This document shows positions 37,027-45,845 of a DNA stretch of 52,076 bases, piece by piece. This stretch comes from Leptolyngbyaceae cyanobacterium (GTDB lineage: Bacteria; Cyanobacteriota; Cyanobacteriia; Phormidesmidales; Phormidesmidaceae). Made by a program: the position numbers and the translations under genes. Each line of letters starts with the position of its first letter. Position 1 is the first letter of the stretch. The notes beneath the pieces are model-generated. The model was not told the DNA's origin and made no database searches. It saw only the letters and a list, made by a program, of their open reading frames with translations. Where the stretch lies: NCBI GenBank assembly GCA_965263355.1, contig CBDHHL010000053.1:1-52076 (forward strand), read 5' to 3'.

Positions 37027-37752
37027 TCAAATCTTTTTTTCTTTAATGTCAATATACTCAAATAAAGTTGATACTCTGGTGGGCTCGACGATGCTGCCAT
37101 CCCGAAAGGTAATTGTACGTCGACAACGCTGGGCGACTTCCGGATCGTGGGTGACCATCACCAGGGTCATCCCCTGCTGGTTTAGCTCAGCAAAAATATC
37201 CATAATTTCCTGACTCATCTGGGAGTCCAGGGCTCCTGTTGGTTCATCCGCCAAGAGTAATTTGGGTTGATTGACAATGGCCCGTGCAATAGCCACCCGC
37301 TGCTGCTGTCCACCAGAAAGCTGATTAGGCCGATTGGCCAGTCTGTCTCCCAAACCCACCCGCTGCAGCGCTGTAATAGCCCGAGACTCTCGTTCACCAG
37401 CGGGTACCCCAGCATAGATCATGGGCAAAACAACATTCTCCACGGCTGTCAGTTGATGGAGTAAATGAAACTGTTGAAAAATAAAGCCAATTTTACGATT
37501 ACGAATACTGGCTAATTGCTTAGCGGTTAAGTGTGAGATCTCCACACCGTCCAACCAATAGTCTCCCTGGGTGGGCCTATCAAGACAACCAATCATATTC
37601 ATCATCGTTGACTTCCCCGATCCAGACGGTCCCATAATGGCGCAATATTCTCCTGACTCAATGGTCAGATCAACAGACTTTAAGGCATACACCTGGAGGT
37701 CATCTACACCATAGGTTTTAGATATATTTTGGAGTCGAATAAGATAATTCAT
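37027..37752 (-). CDS. ABC transporter ATP-binding protein (MacB/LolD type)
   Basis: GPSGSGKS, LSGGQQQR, LADEPTGALD. Confidence 0.95.
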   Translation of the reverse strand: MNYLIRLQNISKTYGVDDLQVYALKSVDLTIESGEYCAIMGPSGSGKSTMMNMIGCLDRPTQGDYWLDGVEISHLTAKQLASIRNRKIGFIFQQFHLLHQLTAVENVVLPMIYAGVPAGERESRAITALQRVGLGDRLANRPNQLSGGQQQRVAIARAIVNQPKLLLADEPTGALDSQMSQEIMDIFAELNQQGMTLVMVTHDPEVAQRCRRTITFRDGSIVEPTRVSTLFEYIDIKEKKI

Positions 37753-38978
37753 GTTCGCAACGCCACAATCGGATCAAGATTCGCCGCCCTTTGAGCAGGC
37801 GCAATACCAAAAATCAAACCAATACTGCCCGACACAGTAAACGAAACCATAACAGCGCTCAGGCTAAACACAGCTTCCAAGGGACTAAATAAGGCTAGGC
37901 ACACCACCCCAACCAGGCCCACACCAATGCCAATCATGCCCCCCGTTGCCGCCAGAATGACAGCCTCAATGGTGAACTGGGCTAAAATATCTGCCCCGGT
38001 TGCCCCAATTGCCTTACGAAGACCAATTTCCCCCGTGCGTTCTGTCACCGAAACCAACATAATATTCATAATGCCAATTCCTCCCACCAAGAGGGAAATA
38101 CCAGCGGTAAACGCCAGCACCAGCACCAAAATGTCTGTGATGCTGCTAGACTTCTCAAGCAATTCTTGTTGACTTTGCACCACAAAGTCATCCTCTCCCT
38201 GCAAAATGTTGTGACGCAACCGCAACAGATTTCTGATTTGGTACATGGCTGCATTTGTCATGTCCGGGCTTTCCAAAGACACTGAAATTACCTGCACAGT
38301 AGGGCTAATCTTGCCGGTCTCCTGACCTGTTAACTGACTCGCCATCACATTAATTGGAATGTAGACCAGTTCATCCTGGTTTTGGCCAAACGAAGAACCT
38401 CGTTCTTCCACAACGCCGCTGACGGTAAAACTTAGGTTACTAATCCGAATTTTGCGACCGATCGGCTCCTGGTTAACAAACAAGGTACGAGCAATTTCAC
38501 TACCCAGAACAGCCACCCGTGCATTGGTTTGCAGATCAATCGGACTAAAGAACTGTCCTTGGGACATCTGCACATCGCGTACTACCAAGTAGTCTGGTGT
38601 GGTGCCCATAATGCTGGCCTGAGTCTCTGCTGCCCCTTGGGTGATACGTAAACGCGTATTCTTCTGAGGCGCGATCGCACCCACCGCCAACACTTCTTGA
38701 GTAATCGCTTCAGCATCCGCTAAAGTCAGAGTATTGGCCTGGGCTGCACCAGCCAGCGGCCCCCGCTGAGCATCACCAGGGGCAATAAACAACAGATTGG
38801 TGCCTAAAGATTCAAATTGTGCCGTGACAAACCCTTGGGCGGCTTCTCCTGCGGCTACCATGGCAATCACAGAGGCATTACCGATGATAATCCCTAGCAT
38901 GGTGAGACCGCTTTGCAGTTTATTGGCCGCCAGGGTTTTAAAGGCCATCTTGGCATTTTCGAGAACATTAAATCCCAT
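37749..38978 (-). CDS. ABC transporter permease (MacB/FtsX type)
   Basis: LTMLGIIIG, LLVGGIGIMNIMLVSVTERT.EIG.RKAIGA, PA..AA.LDPI.ALR. Confidence 0.95.
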   Translation of the reverse strand: MGFNVLENAKMAFKTLAANKLQSGLTMLGIIIGNASVIAMVAAGEAAQGFVTAQFESLGTNLLFIAPGDAQRGPLAGAAQANTLTLADAEAITQEVLAVGAIAPQKNTRLRITQGAAETQASIMGTTPDYLVVRDVQMSQGQFFSPIDLQTNARVAVLGSEIARTLFVNQEPIGRKIRISNLSFTVSGVVEERGSSFGQNQDELVYIPINVMASQLTGQETGKISPTVQVISVSLESPDMTNAAMYQIRNLLRLRHNILQGEDDFVVQSQQELLEKSSSITDILVLVLAFTAGISLLVGGIGIMNIMLVSVTERTGEIGLRKAIGATGADILAQFTIEAVILAATGGMIGIGVGLVGVVCLALFSPLEAVFSLSAVMVSFTVSGSIGLIFGIAPAQRAANLDPIVALRT

Positions 38979-39013
38979 TGGTTTCCAGAGTAATTATCTT
39001 CAGAATATTTCGA

Positions 39014-39262
39014 GAGGCTGTTTAGAAAACGTAGTTTAGGCTGTCGATGGGGTGTTTAAAGATGTTGCTTGGGGTCCCTCCGAGTTCCCCTAAAACCCCT
39101 GGTTAGGGCCGGAACGCCGCCCTAAGACCCAACGTACTGAGTTATCCCTAATTGCATTTAGTTGGAGTTACGGCAGGGGCGATGATAAATATTCTGGATC
39201 GATTTTTGCGGGAGATTTAGTATACGATACTCAAATCATAAAGCTGTTTTTTAATCACTCCT
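39014..39262. mobile_element. Possible MITE-like non-coding insertion inside the efflux operon
   Basis: About 250 bp non-coding; imperfect terminal inverted repeats GAGGCTGTTTAGAAAAC / GTTTTTTAATCACTCCT; internal TTAGGGC...GCCCTAA hairpin. Confidence 0.35.
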
Positions 39263-39265
39263 TAG

Positions 39266-40654
39266 TTAAGGAAAGGGTAGCCCAGAGCTACCAGAGCGTT
39301 TTATTTCTGGTGGCAGCTCCAAAAAAATTCGATCACCTACTTCCAGTCCCTGCAAAATTTGAGTTCTCCCGGCTTGGGTGATACCAACGGTGACGGGTTG
39401 AAAGTCAGCATTTCCCTTACTATCTGGCATCTGTACGCCGAGCTGTCCGTCTTGGGTTGCGATCGCAACCGTAGGCACCATCAAGGCATCAGTTAATGTC
39501 TCACCAATAAAAGTGGCATCTACCGTCATACCTGATCTCAGGTGGTCAGCCCCCGTCAACAACTCAACAACAACTTGAAAAGTGGTAACATTATTTTCAA
39601 TAATTGCTTCTGGGGCAATGCGCTGCACTCGGCCTGCATAGACCTGATTAGGAAATGCTTCTGCTACAATTTCAACCGATTGGCCCACCTGAATTTGACC
39701 AATATTAGCTTCTAAAATATCAATCTCGACTTCCAGCCCCGAAGACAATGCCAAAATTGAACTGGATGTGGCGGAGGCCGTAGCAGTAGCCGTCGTGGTG
39801 GGGGTGACAATTGCCCCAATGGTGGCGTACGTTTGGGTAACATATCCGGCAAAGGGAGCGTGGATATTTGCGTCTGCCAGTTCTGTTTCAATTACTTGAA
39901 TCTGAGCTTGGGCCGCTGCCACATTTGCTGCCGCCGCTGCAATCTCTTCAGGACGCGAACCACTGGTGGTTGCCTTAAGTTGTTGCTCCACTTCACTAAA
40001 ATTCGCCACGGCATTTTGGGCTTCATTTACATATTGATCCAGATCATTTTGAGAAATTGCCCCCTGTCGCGCTAAATTCTCAAACCGCTCTAGACGATTT
40101 GTTGTCAAATCAACATGGGATTGAGCAGATGCCAAACGGGCTTCAACCTGGAGGATATCCTCTTGTCGATTACCCGCCAGAATCCTGGCATAATCAGCTT
40201 CGGTCTGGTCAAGCTGCGCTTTTCGTTGTTGTAGCTCAGCCGCCAAACTACCAATTTCCATGCGAGCAACCACCTGACCTGCTTCAACGAGATCGCCTTG
40301 CTGAACATAGAGATCGGCTAGACGACCTGTTGTTTTTGGACTGAGGTTGACGGTATCCTTTGAAATCACAGTGCCGTTGCCCTCAACCCTGATCGCCAAG
40401 GGTTCAAGGCTTACAGGTACGGTCAATGATTCCAGTAACTCAGCTTGGTTAGCCTCACGCTTGACAATTGGTATAGATGGGAAACGTAGCGCAATGCCAA
40501 CACCTAGACGTAACAACAAACTGAGCATGAATGCTCTCCTCAGCCACAAAAGCCAGGGACGGCGAGGCGCTGTTTTCTCAGAGGTTATCGGTGGTGGGGC
40601 TGATTTTTCAGGTGCGATCGCTAGTGTACTACTAGCATCAATATGATCATTCAT
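39266..40654 (-). CDS. Efflux periplasmic adaptor subunit (MacA/HlyD type)
   Basis: N-terminal TM, NLSPK..G.L..L.V.QGD.V, coiled coil, I.APF.G, LRSGM.V. Confidence 0.92.
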   Translation of the reverse strand: MNDHIDASSTLAIAPEKSAPPPITSEKTAPRRPWLLWLRRAFMLSLLLRLGVGIALRFPSIPIVKREANQAELLESLTVPVSLEPLAIRVEGNGTVISKDTVNLSPKTTGRLADLYVQQGDLVEAGQVVARMEIGSLAAELQQRKAQLDQTEADYARILAGNRQEDILQVEARLASAQSHVDLTTNRLERFENLARQGAISQNDLDQYVNEAQNAVANFSEVEQQLKATTSGSRPEEIAAAAANVAAAQAQIQVIETELADANIHAPFAGYVTQTYATIGAIVTPTTTATATASATSSSILALSSGLEVEIDILEANIGQIQVGQSVEIVAEAFPNQVYAGRVQRIAPEAIIENNVTTFQVVVELLTGADHLRSGMTVDATFIGETLTDALMVPTVAIATQDGQLGVQMPDSKGNADFQPVTVGITQAGRTQILQGLEVGDRIFLELPPEIKRSGSSGLPFP

Positions 40655-40744
40655 AGTAGGACTGAATAATTAATTCAGGTCGAAGGCATGATAAGCAATA
40701 AGAGAAAACAGGAACCAGGCAAGCCAAGCAATTCTGGTTAGGTA

Positions 40745-40805
40745 AGGAATCAGAATCCGGAATCCAGTACTTTCCAGACTCCTGATCCCGACTCCTAACT
40801 TCCAG
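40745..40805. repeat. Short 7-mer tandem repeats (STRR-like) in inverted arrangement
   Basis: GGAATCA/GAATCC units followed by GACTCCT/GATCCC units. Confidence 0.5.
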
Positions 40806-40841
40806 CCATTAGAAAAGTGTCGCTTTCAGTTGGTATCTGCT

Positions 40842-41264
40842 TTAAAACTGACTAAACGCAGTCAGTTCCATAATCCCTTCAAGTTGATAAGGCTGTAGAA
40901 CCGCTTGCAGATCTAAAACCATTTCTTCGCGTGCTGCAGCCAGCTGGGTCGACTGAGCATCGGTCAAATTTAGTGCATCCTGCAGTTGCTGAGGTTCCTG
41001 AGGTGGTTGCTCCTGGGCAGTTTGTAGTATTTCAAGCTGCTCTGATGTAAGAATTGTTTCAATATCAGATTTGAAATCTCGCATAATACCAGCCGTTTCT
41101 CTCATTTGAGATCGACTTAAGTTAAGTTCTTGCGCCGTTTCACGAAAGGTACTCCGGTCAAGTTGGGCTGAAGCAGGCTGATTGTTGAAACTCCCCATGC
41201 CCAAGGTCAAAGTAGTAATTAATAGTGTTTTGATAAGTCCTTTGCGAGTGAGTTGACGTTGCAT
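40842..41264 (-). CDS. Secreted Spy/CpxP-like (LTxxQ) protein heading the efflux operon
   Basis: Signal peptide ending ASA; LNLSRSQ, LTSEQ, LNLTDAQ. Confidence 0.7.
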   Translation of the reverse strand: MQRQLTRKGLIKTLLITTLTLGMGSFNNQPASAQLDRSTFRETAQELNLSRSQMRETAGIMRDFKSDIETILTSEQLEILQTAQEQPPQEPQQLQDALNLTDAQSTQLAAAREEMVLDLQAVLQPYQLEGIMELTAFSQF

Positions 41265-41365
41265 AAGAATGCTCCGATTAGTAACTAGTGTATTGCTCTG
41301 TTTGGAACATGTTCATCCTATAAAACTGACCCTATCTTCACCTGTACCAAACTTCCTAAATCGAA

Positions 41366-41404
41366 TAGGACATGTGTCACGATTATGGGTAGGACATATG
41401 CCGA
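41366..41404. promoter_or_regulatory. Two TAGGACAT boxes; candidate NarL-type operators
   Basis: TAGGACATGTGTCAC at 41366 and TAGGACATATGCCGA at 41390, sharing the half-site of the 33674 palindrome. Confidence 0.45.
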
Positions 41405-41780
41405 GGGTTAAGACTAAGGATAAAAAATATGGGTGAGGGCATGACTCGATACTTCATGTTTCAGACACCACATGTAGAGCGCATAAACACAACATGGCAA
41501 AGCAACATTAGCCACACAACCAACGCTCATAACCAGTCCAGCTCGCCATCGTAACGTCTGCCATGGAGTTGAACTTCGCAACTGACGATATAGCCCATGG
41601 CAAACCGTGATTATCTTAAGTTAAGACACCAAAAAGGCCAGGTGTCACACGTACTATTAATGCATTTGGGTAAGACGATATTCTTAAAGTATGACTGAGC
41701 ATATTCACCCTTGGCTCTTGCTCATCCGTTAACTATTAACATAGGGTCAACGTATACTTATTTATCGCTAGGAATCACTA

Positions 41781-43139
41781 ATGTTGTCAGCTGTCGAGCC
41801 CAGATTGGATACAGATAATAAGACGGTTTATTTTCGTTGCATTGCGGGCTGTCCCGGTAAGCACTCGATCTTTGACGTGATCTACACCTGTCCAATATGC
41901 GGCAGTCTGCTAGAAGTTCACCATGAACGTGAACCGCTAAAAAAACGCAACGCAGATGAATGGAAACAGCTCTTCGAGTCACGGGTTGGCACAACAACAT
42001 GGCCCTATGGCAGCGGCGTATGGGGCCTACGGGAGTGGGTCATTCCTGCCCTGACTGATGACAACGTAGTCAGCATGTTTGAAGGCAATACCAACTTATT
42101 TTGGGCAGAACGATTAGGCCAGCAGCTAGGCGTACCCGACCTATGGATTAAACTCTGCGGCAATAGCCATACCGGCAGCTTTAAAGACCTGGGCATGACT
42201 GTCCTGGTTAGTGTGGTCAAACAAATGATGGCCCAGGGTAGCTCTGTAAAAGCCGTTGCTTGTGCCAGTACGGGGGACACCAGTGCCGCCCTGGCGGCCT
42301 ATGCGGCATATGCTGGCATCCCAGCGGTCATCTTTTTGCCTGCCGGGAAAGTGAGTACAGCACAATTGATTCAGCCTGTCGCCAATGGAGCCCATGTGCT
42401 TGCCCTGGATACCGACTTCGATGGCTGTATGAAAATTGTCAAAGACGTCACCCAGGACAACTCGATCTACCTGGCCAATTCGATGAATAGTCTGCGCATT
42501 GAGGGGCAGAAAACCGTTGGTATTGAGATTGTTCGACAGTTTGACTGGGCAGTGCCCGACTGGATCATTATCCCAGTAGGCAATCTTGGAAATATCAGTG
42601 CACTCTACAAAGGGTTCCAGCTGATGATGGACCTGGGGGTGATCAATCGCATGCCCAGGTTGGTGGCAGCCCAAGCCGCTAAGGCTAATCCGTTTTACGA
42701 ATCGTTCAAAAACGGATTCAAAGAAAAAATCAGTGTGAAAGCCCAAAAAACCCTGGCCAATGCCATCAGAATTGGTGACCCGGTTAGCTACGAAAAAGCC
42801 ATTAAGGCTGTCATCGAGACCGATGGCATTGTCGAGCAAGCCACTGAAAACGAATTAGCGGCGGCAGCGGCCCATGCTGATTTGACCGGTATGTTCACAT
42901 GTCCACACACTGGTGTTGCCCTAGCCGTCTTGACTAAGCTAATTAACCGAGGTGTGATCAAAGCCAGTGATAAGACAGTTGTCATCAGCACAGCCCACGG
43001 CTTGAAGTTCACTGACTTTAAGGTCGGTTACCATGAATCGACGCTAGAAGATGTAACTAGCCAGTATCCTAACCCTGCCGTTCACCTACCGGCCAATGCA
43101 GACGCTGTGAAAGCTGAAATCGTAAAACGGCTAAGTTAA
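41781..43139 (+). CDS. thrC: Threonine synthase (plant-like long form)
   Basis: [10 protein letters not shown] (PLP Lys), [37 protein letters not shown]. Confidence 0.95.
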   Translation: MLSAVEPRLDTDNKTVYFRCIAGCPGKHSIFDVIYTCPICGSLLEVHHEREPLKKRNADEWKQLFESRVGTTTWPYGSGVWGLREWVIPALTDDNVVSMFEGNTNLFWAERLGQQLGVPDLWIKLCGNSHTGSFKDLGMTVLVSVVKQMMAQGSSVKAVACASTGDTSAALAAYAAYAGIPAVIFLPAGKVSTAQLIQPVANGAHVLALDTDFDGCMKIVKDVTQDNSIYLANSMNSLRIEGQKTVGIEIVRQFDWAVPDWIIIPVGNLGNISALYKGFQLMMDLGVINRMPRLVAAQAAKANPFYESFKNGFKEKISVKAQKTLANAIRIGDPVSYEKAIKAVIETDGIVEQATENELAAAAAHADLTGMFTCPHTGVALAVLTKLINRGVIKASDKTVVISTAHGLKFTDFKVGYHESTLEDVTSQYPNPAVHLPANADAVKAEIVKRLS

Positions 43140-43169
43140 GTATTGAGTCACAGCTTCCCATGCCTATGA

Positions 43170-43610
43170 GTGTTGTTGTCTAAAAGTTCTATGCCAAATC
43201 CATTTTGCAGACAATCAAGACTTCTGTTGTGCACCATAGGCATGACGTTCTTTCACCTGGTTACAGCCTCTTCAGCCTGGGCAGAAGAGACCTTAGCCTA
43301 TTGTGATTCTCCTCTTTACGCTGTCAATGTTTATCACGACAATACACTAGAGTCGACGGAGACAATATTGAAAATACGTGTCTTCTGGCGCGAGAAAGCA
43401 CTAATTTTTGCCGATTTGCCAGCAACTCGTAGTCACTTTTTTGGCGAGGGGTTTACTTACACCAGCCAATCGGAATTATCCGATGATTACAGTTCCTCTC
43501 TTTGGACATTGTTTGTGCCCGATAGTGAAGGACAGCCTTGTTTACTATTTAGAAACGGTGCCGCCTTTGATAGTGGTGATGTAACTCAACGCGAAACACA
43601 TACTAACTAA
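43170..43610 (+). CDS. Secreted hypothetical protein
   Basis: 146-aa ORF with signal-peptide-like segment ending AWA; start uncertain. Confidence 0.55.
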   Translation: MLLSKSSMPNPFCRQSRLLLCTIGMTFFHLVTASSAWAEETLAYCDSPLYAVNVYHDNTLESTETILKIRVFWREKALIFADLPATRSHFFGEGFTYTSQSELSDDYSSSLWTLFVPDSEGQPCLLFRNGAAFDSGDVTQRETHTN

Positions 43611-43663
43611 TGCAAAGATTGGCATTGGTTATGACATGCAAACCTTTATTTTCTAATTGTTTT

Positions 43664-44119
43664 ATGAAATATACCGATCTCTTAGAACATCCCGAAGGCG
43701 GACGTTATCTTGAAGTTTATCGCTCTCAAACGAAGGTTTTGATCGGTGATAAAACAAGAACTGCGCTAACACACATTTACTTTTCTCTGGAGCCCCATGA
43801 GGTTAGTCGGTTTCATCGGGTCAGTCATGATGAAGTATGGAATCTTTATCAGGGGGAAGGTCTTTATCTCTATCAGTGGGATGGCAGCGCTACTAGTATT
43901 GAGGCAATTGAACTCTCTGTGCAGTCTATGAACTTTTGTCATGTAATTCCTGCAGGATACTGGCAGGCAGCTGTACCAATGCAGAATCGGGTGTTAGTGG
44001 GCTGCTCTGTTGCGCCAGGGTTTGAATTTGAAGATTTTGAGTTAATTGAGCCAGATTCAGAAGTAGCAAAAACTTTACTGACGATGGATTCAGGTTTGTC
44101 GAAATTAATTGGGGATTGA
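43664..44119 (+). CDS. Cupin_5 (DUF985) family protein
   Basis: HPEGG.Y.E, IYF.L, S.FHRV..DE.W, IPAG.WQAA, LVGC.VAPGF.F.DF; ATG 43664 preferred. Confidence 0.9.
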   Translation: MKYTDLLEHPEGGRYLEVYRSQTKVLIGDKTRTALTHIYFSLEPHEVSRFHRVSHDEVWNLYQGEGLYLYQWDGSATSIEAIELSVQSMNFCHVIPAGYWQAAVPMQNRVLVGCSVAPGFEFEDFELIEPDSEVAKTLLTMDSGLSKLIGD

Positions 44120-44224
44120 TGGAACGATGAAGTTTGGGGTTAGTAGCGCCAATATCTAGCTTTTAGATTGTGCCGTTAGCTTATAAATATTTCAGCAAAA
44201 GGGGGTCACTTTTTGCCCAATTTC

Positions 44225-45043
44225 TTACTGTGACGGCTCTAAATTTAACAATAGATCTTCGACCAAAAAATCATCGTCTATATCTAGGTTTAAAGGAGAA
44301 TTAGGACTACAGAATATCTGCAGTGGAGACTGATCAAGCAACTCTTGATTCACTTGCTTGGGATCCTTGAAAAGTTTAATAAACCAAGAAGATAATTGTA
44401 GAGAACTCTGACTATTTTCAGTCGAAATTTTCACAAGCTTCACGTCATCGTCACTCACCTTTGATTCAATGCCTGAATCACCTAACATCGGTAGATTTTT
44501 AATTTGAGTGCGCACTTGTATGATAGCTGCTAAAGCAGGATAAATAGTTTCTGCAACAAAATATGATTGGCGAGATTTCTCATCACTATTAGCCAATCGA
44601 AGATTAGGCTTCTCAAAAACTACCAACGTTTTAATATTGCCTCTACCTTGGTTATATAGATGAATTAACTCTTTAAGGTTTTTGGGAGGACGATAATTAG
44701 CTGAATCGTCATCACCTAGCGTATTACGATCATCAAATACGCCAATAATATATGGATCATCAATCAAAAATAATTTGCCATAGCTTCTCTGACCAGTAAA
44801 TCCACCTTTTATCTTTAGTAAATCAGCCCACTTTAAACCTTGATAGAGCGTTTTAATACATCTTTGGACATTTTCAACCTGCCATGCAGATATCTGCAAA
44901 TCCATGCAACGCAATGGATCTTGAGGGTCCAGCATACTATTATCTGTCAGCATGACATTACGTGCTTCCTCCCAAAGTAGGGCTGAGGCAGAATCTACAG
45001 CTTTGCCAGAATATTCAGCGTTGAGTGGATCCGACTGAGACAT
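44225..45043 (-). CDS. Hypothetical protein, divergent from the NACHT gene
   Basis: 272-aa uninterrupted ORF in AT-rich DNA; no motif recognised. Confidence 0.7.
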   Translation of the reverse strand: MSQSDPLNAEYSGKAVDSASALLWEEARNVMLTDNSMLDPQDPLRCMDLQISAWQVENVQRCIKTLYQGLKWADLLKIKGGFTGQRSYGKLFLIDDPYIIGVFDDRNTLGDDDSANYRPPKNLKELIHLYNQGRGNIKTLVVFEKPNLRLANSDEKSRQSYFVAETIYPALAAIIQVRTQIKNLPMLGDSGIESKVSDDDVKLVKISTENSQSSLQLSSWFIKLFKDPKQVNQELLDQSPLQIFCSPNSPLNLDIDDDFLVEDLLLNLEPSQ

Positions 45044-45845
45044 GTATGTAAATCTGACTATACAATCAGGACAGCTGAAAAATTGAAATCCAACAAAATT
45101 TAAGGAGCAAGCCTCTAGTATATGAAATTAACAAAAGGATTTCGTGATTCTTATCACACGACTTTAAAAAGCTTTTATATTTTTAGATACTCTTAGAACA
45201 ATTAATTCCATTCCAGTTGCTACGCAATAGCAGGCAACATTTACCGTACAAGGTCTTGAATAGTTAAGTATGAACACTTCAACTATTTACTAATAACTAC
45301 ATATAGCGTTGGGCTACTGACACTTGCAATTAGCTATTGAAAAAGCTACAACGCCCTAAACCAATGTTCCAGATGCAGGATAAAGTAAATATAATAATAA
45401 CTTGTAGATTCATAGAGGTAAGCCTATATCAACTATTAAATTACTTAAATTTCCTAAGATCTTGAATGACTGAATAACAAGACAGTCCTCGCATAGCGGT
45501 CTCCAAGCAGCTTTTCTTGTTTTATCAGAAAGATCTATTTAAATAGACTCAACTACAGTCAGCAATCCAGGAAGTTTTTGAGTCATTTTTTAACAGGGTA
45601 GATTTTCTCAAGAGCTAGTTGAAACTATGCATATATTGTTGTTTCTATGCACATACTGTTTTAAGTCGGTTAATCCTTGCTAGTTTTCTAAGCTTTAAGA
45701 CCTGTCATTGATGTAGGGTTTATTTTTTACAGAAAGCATATGCATAAAAATACCACCGTATAAGATAAAAGCTTTAAGAAATAAAGGGTTTAAGGACTAG
45801 CTTAATCTGAGATTTATAGATTTTGATAAGGGAGGTATAGACCAA

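Noticed and set aside
41420..41780. Possible riboswitch or attenuator upstream of thrC
   Set aside because: No Thr-rich leader peptide, T-box or SAM-riboswitch motif recognised.
42141..42839. 232-aa antisense ORF within thrC, and the many similar short shadow ORFs
   Set aside because: Fully overlaps a well-supported gene on the opposite strand and has no motifs.
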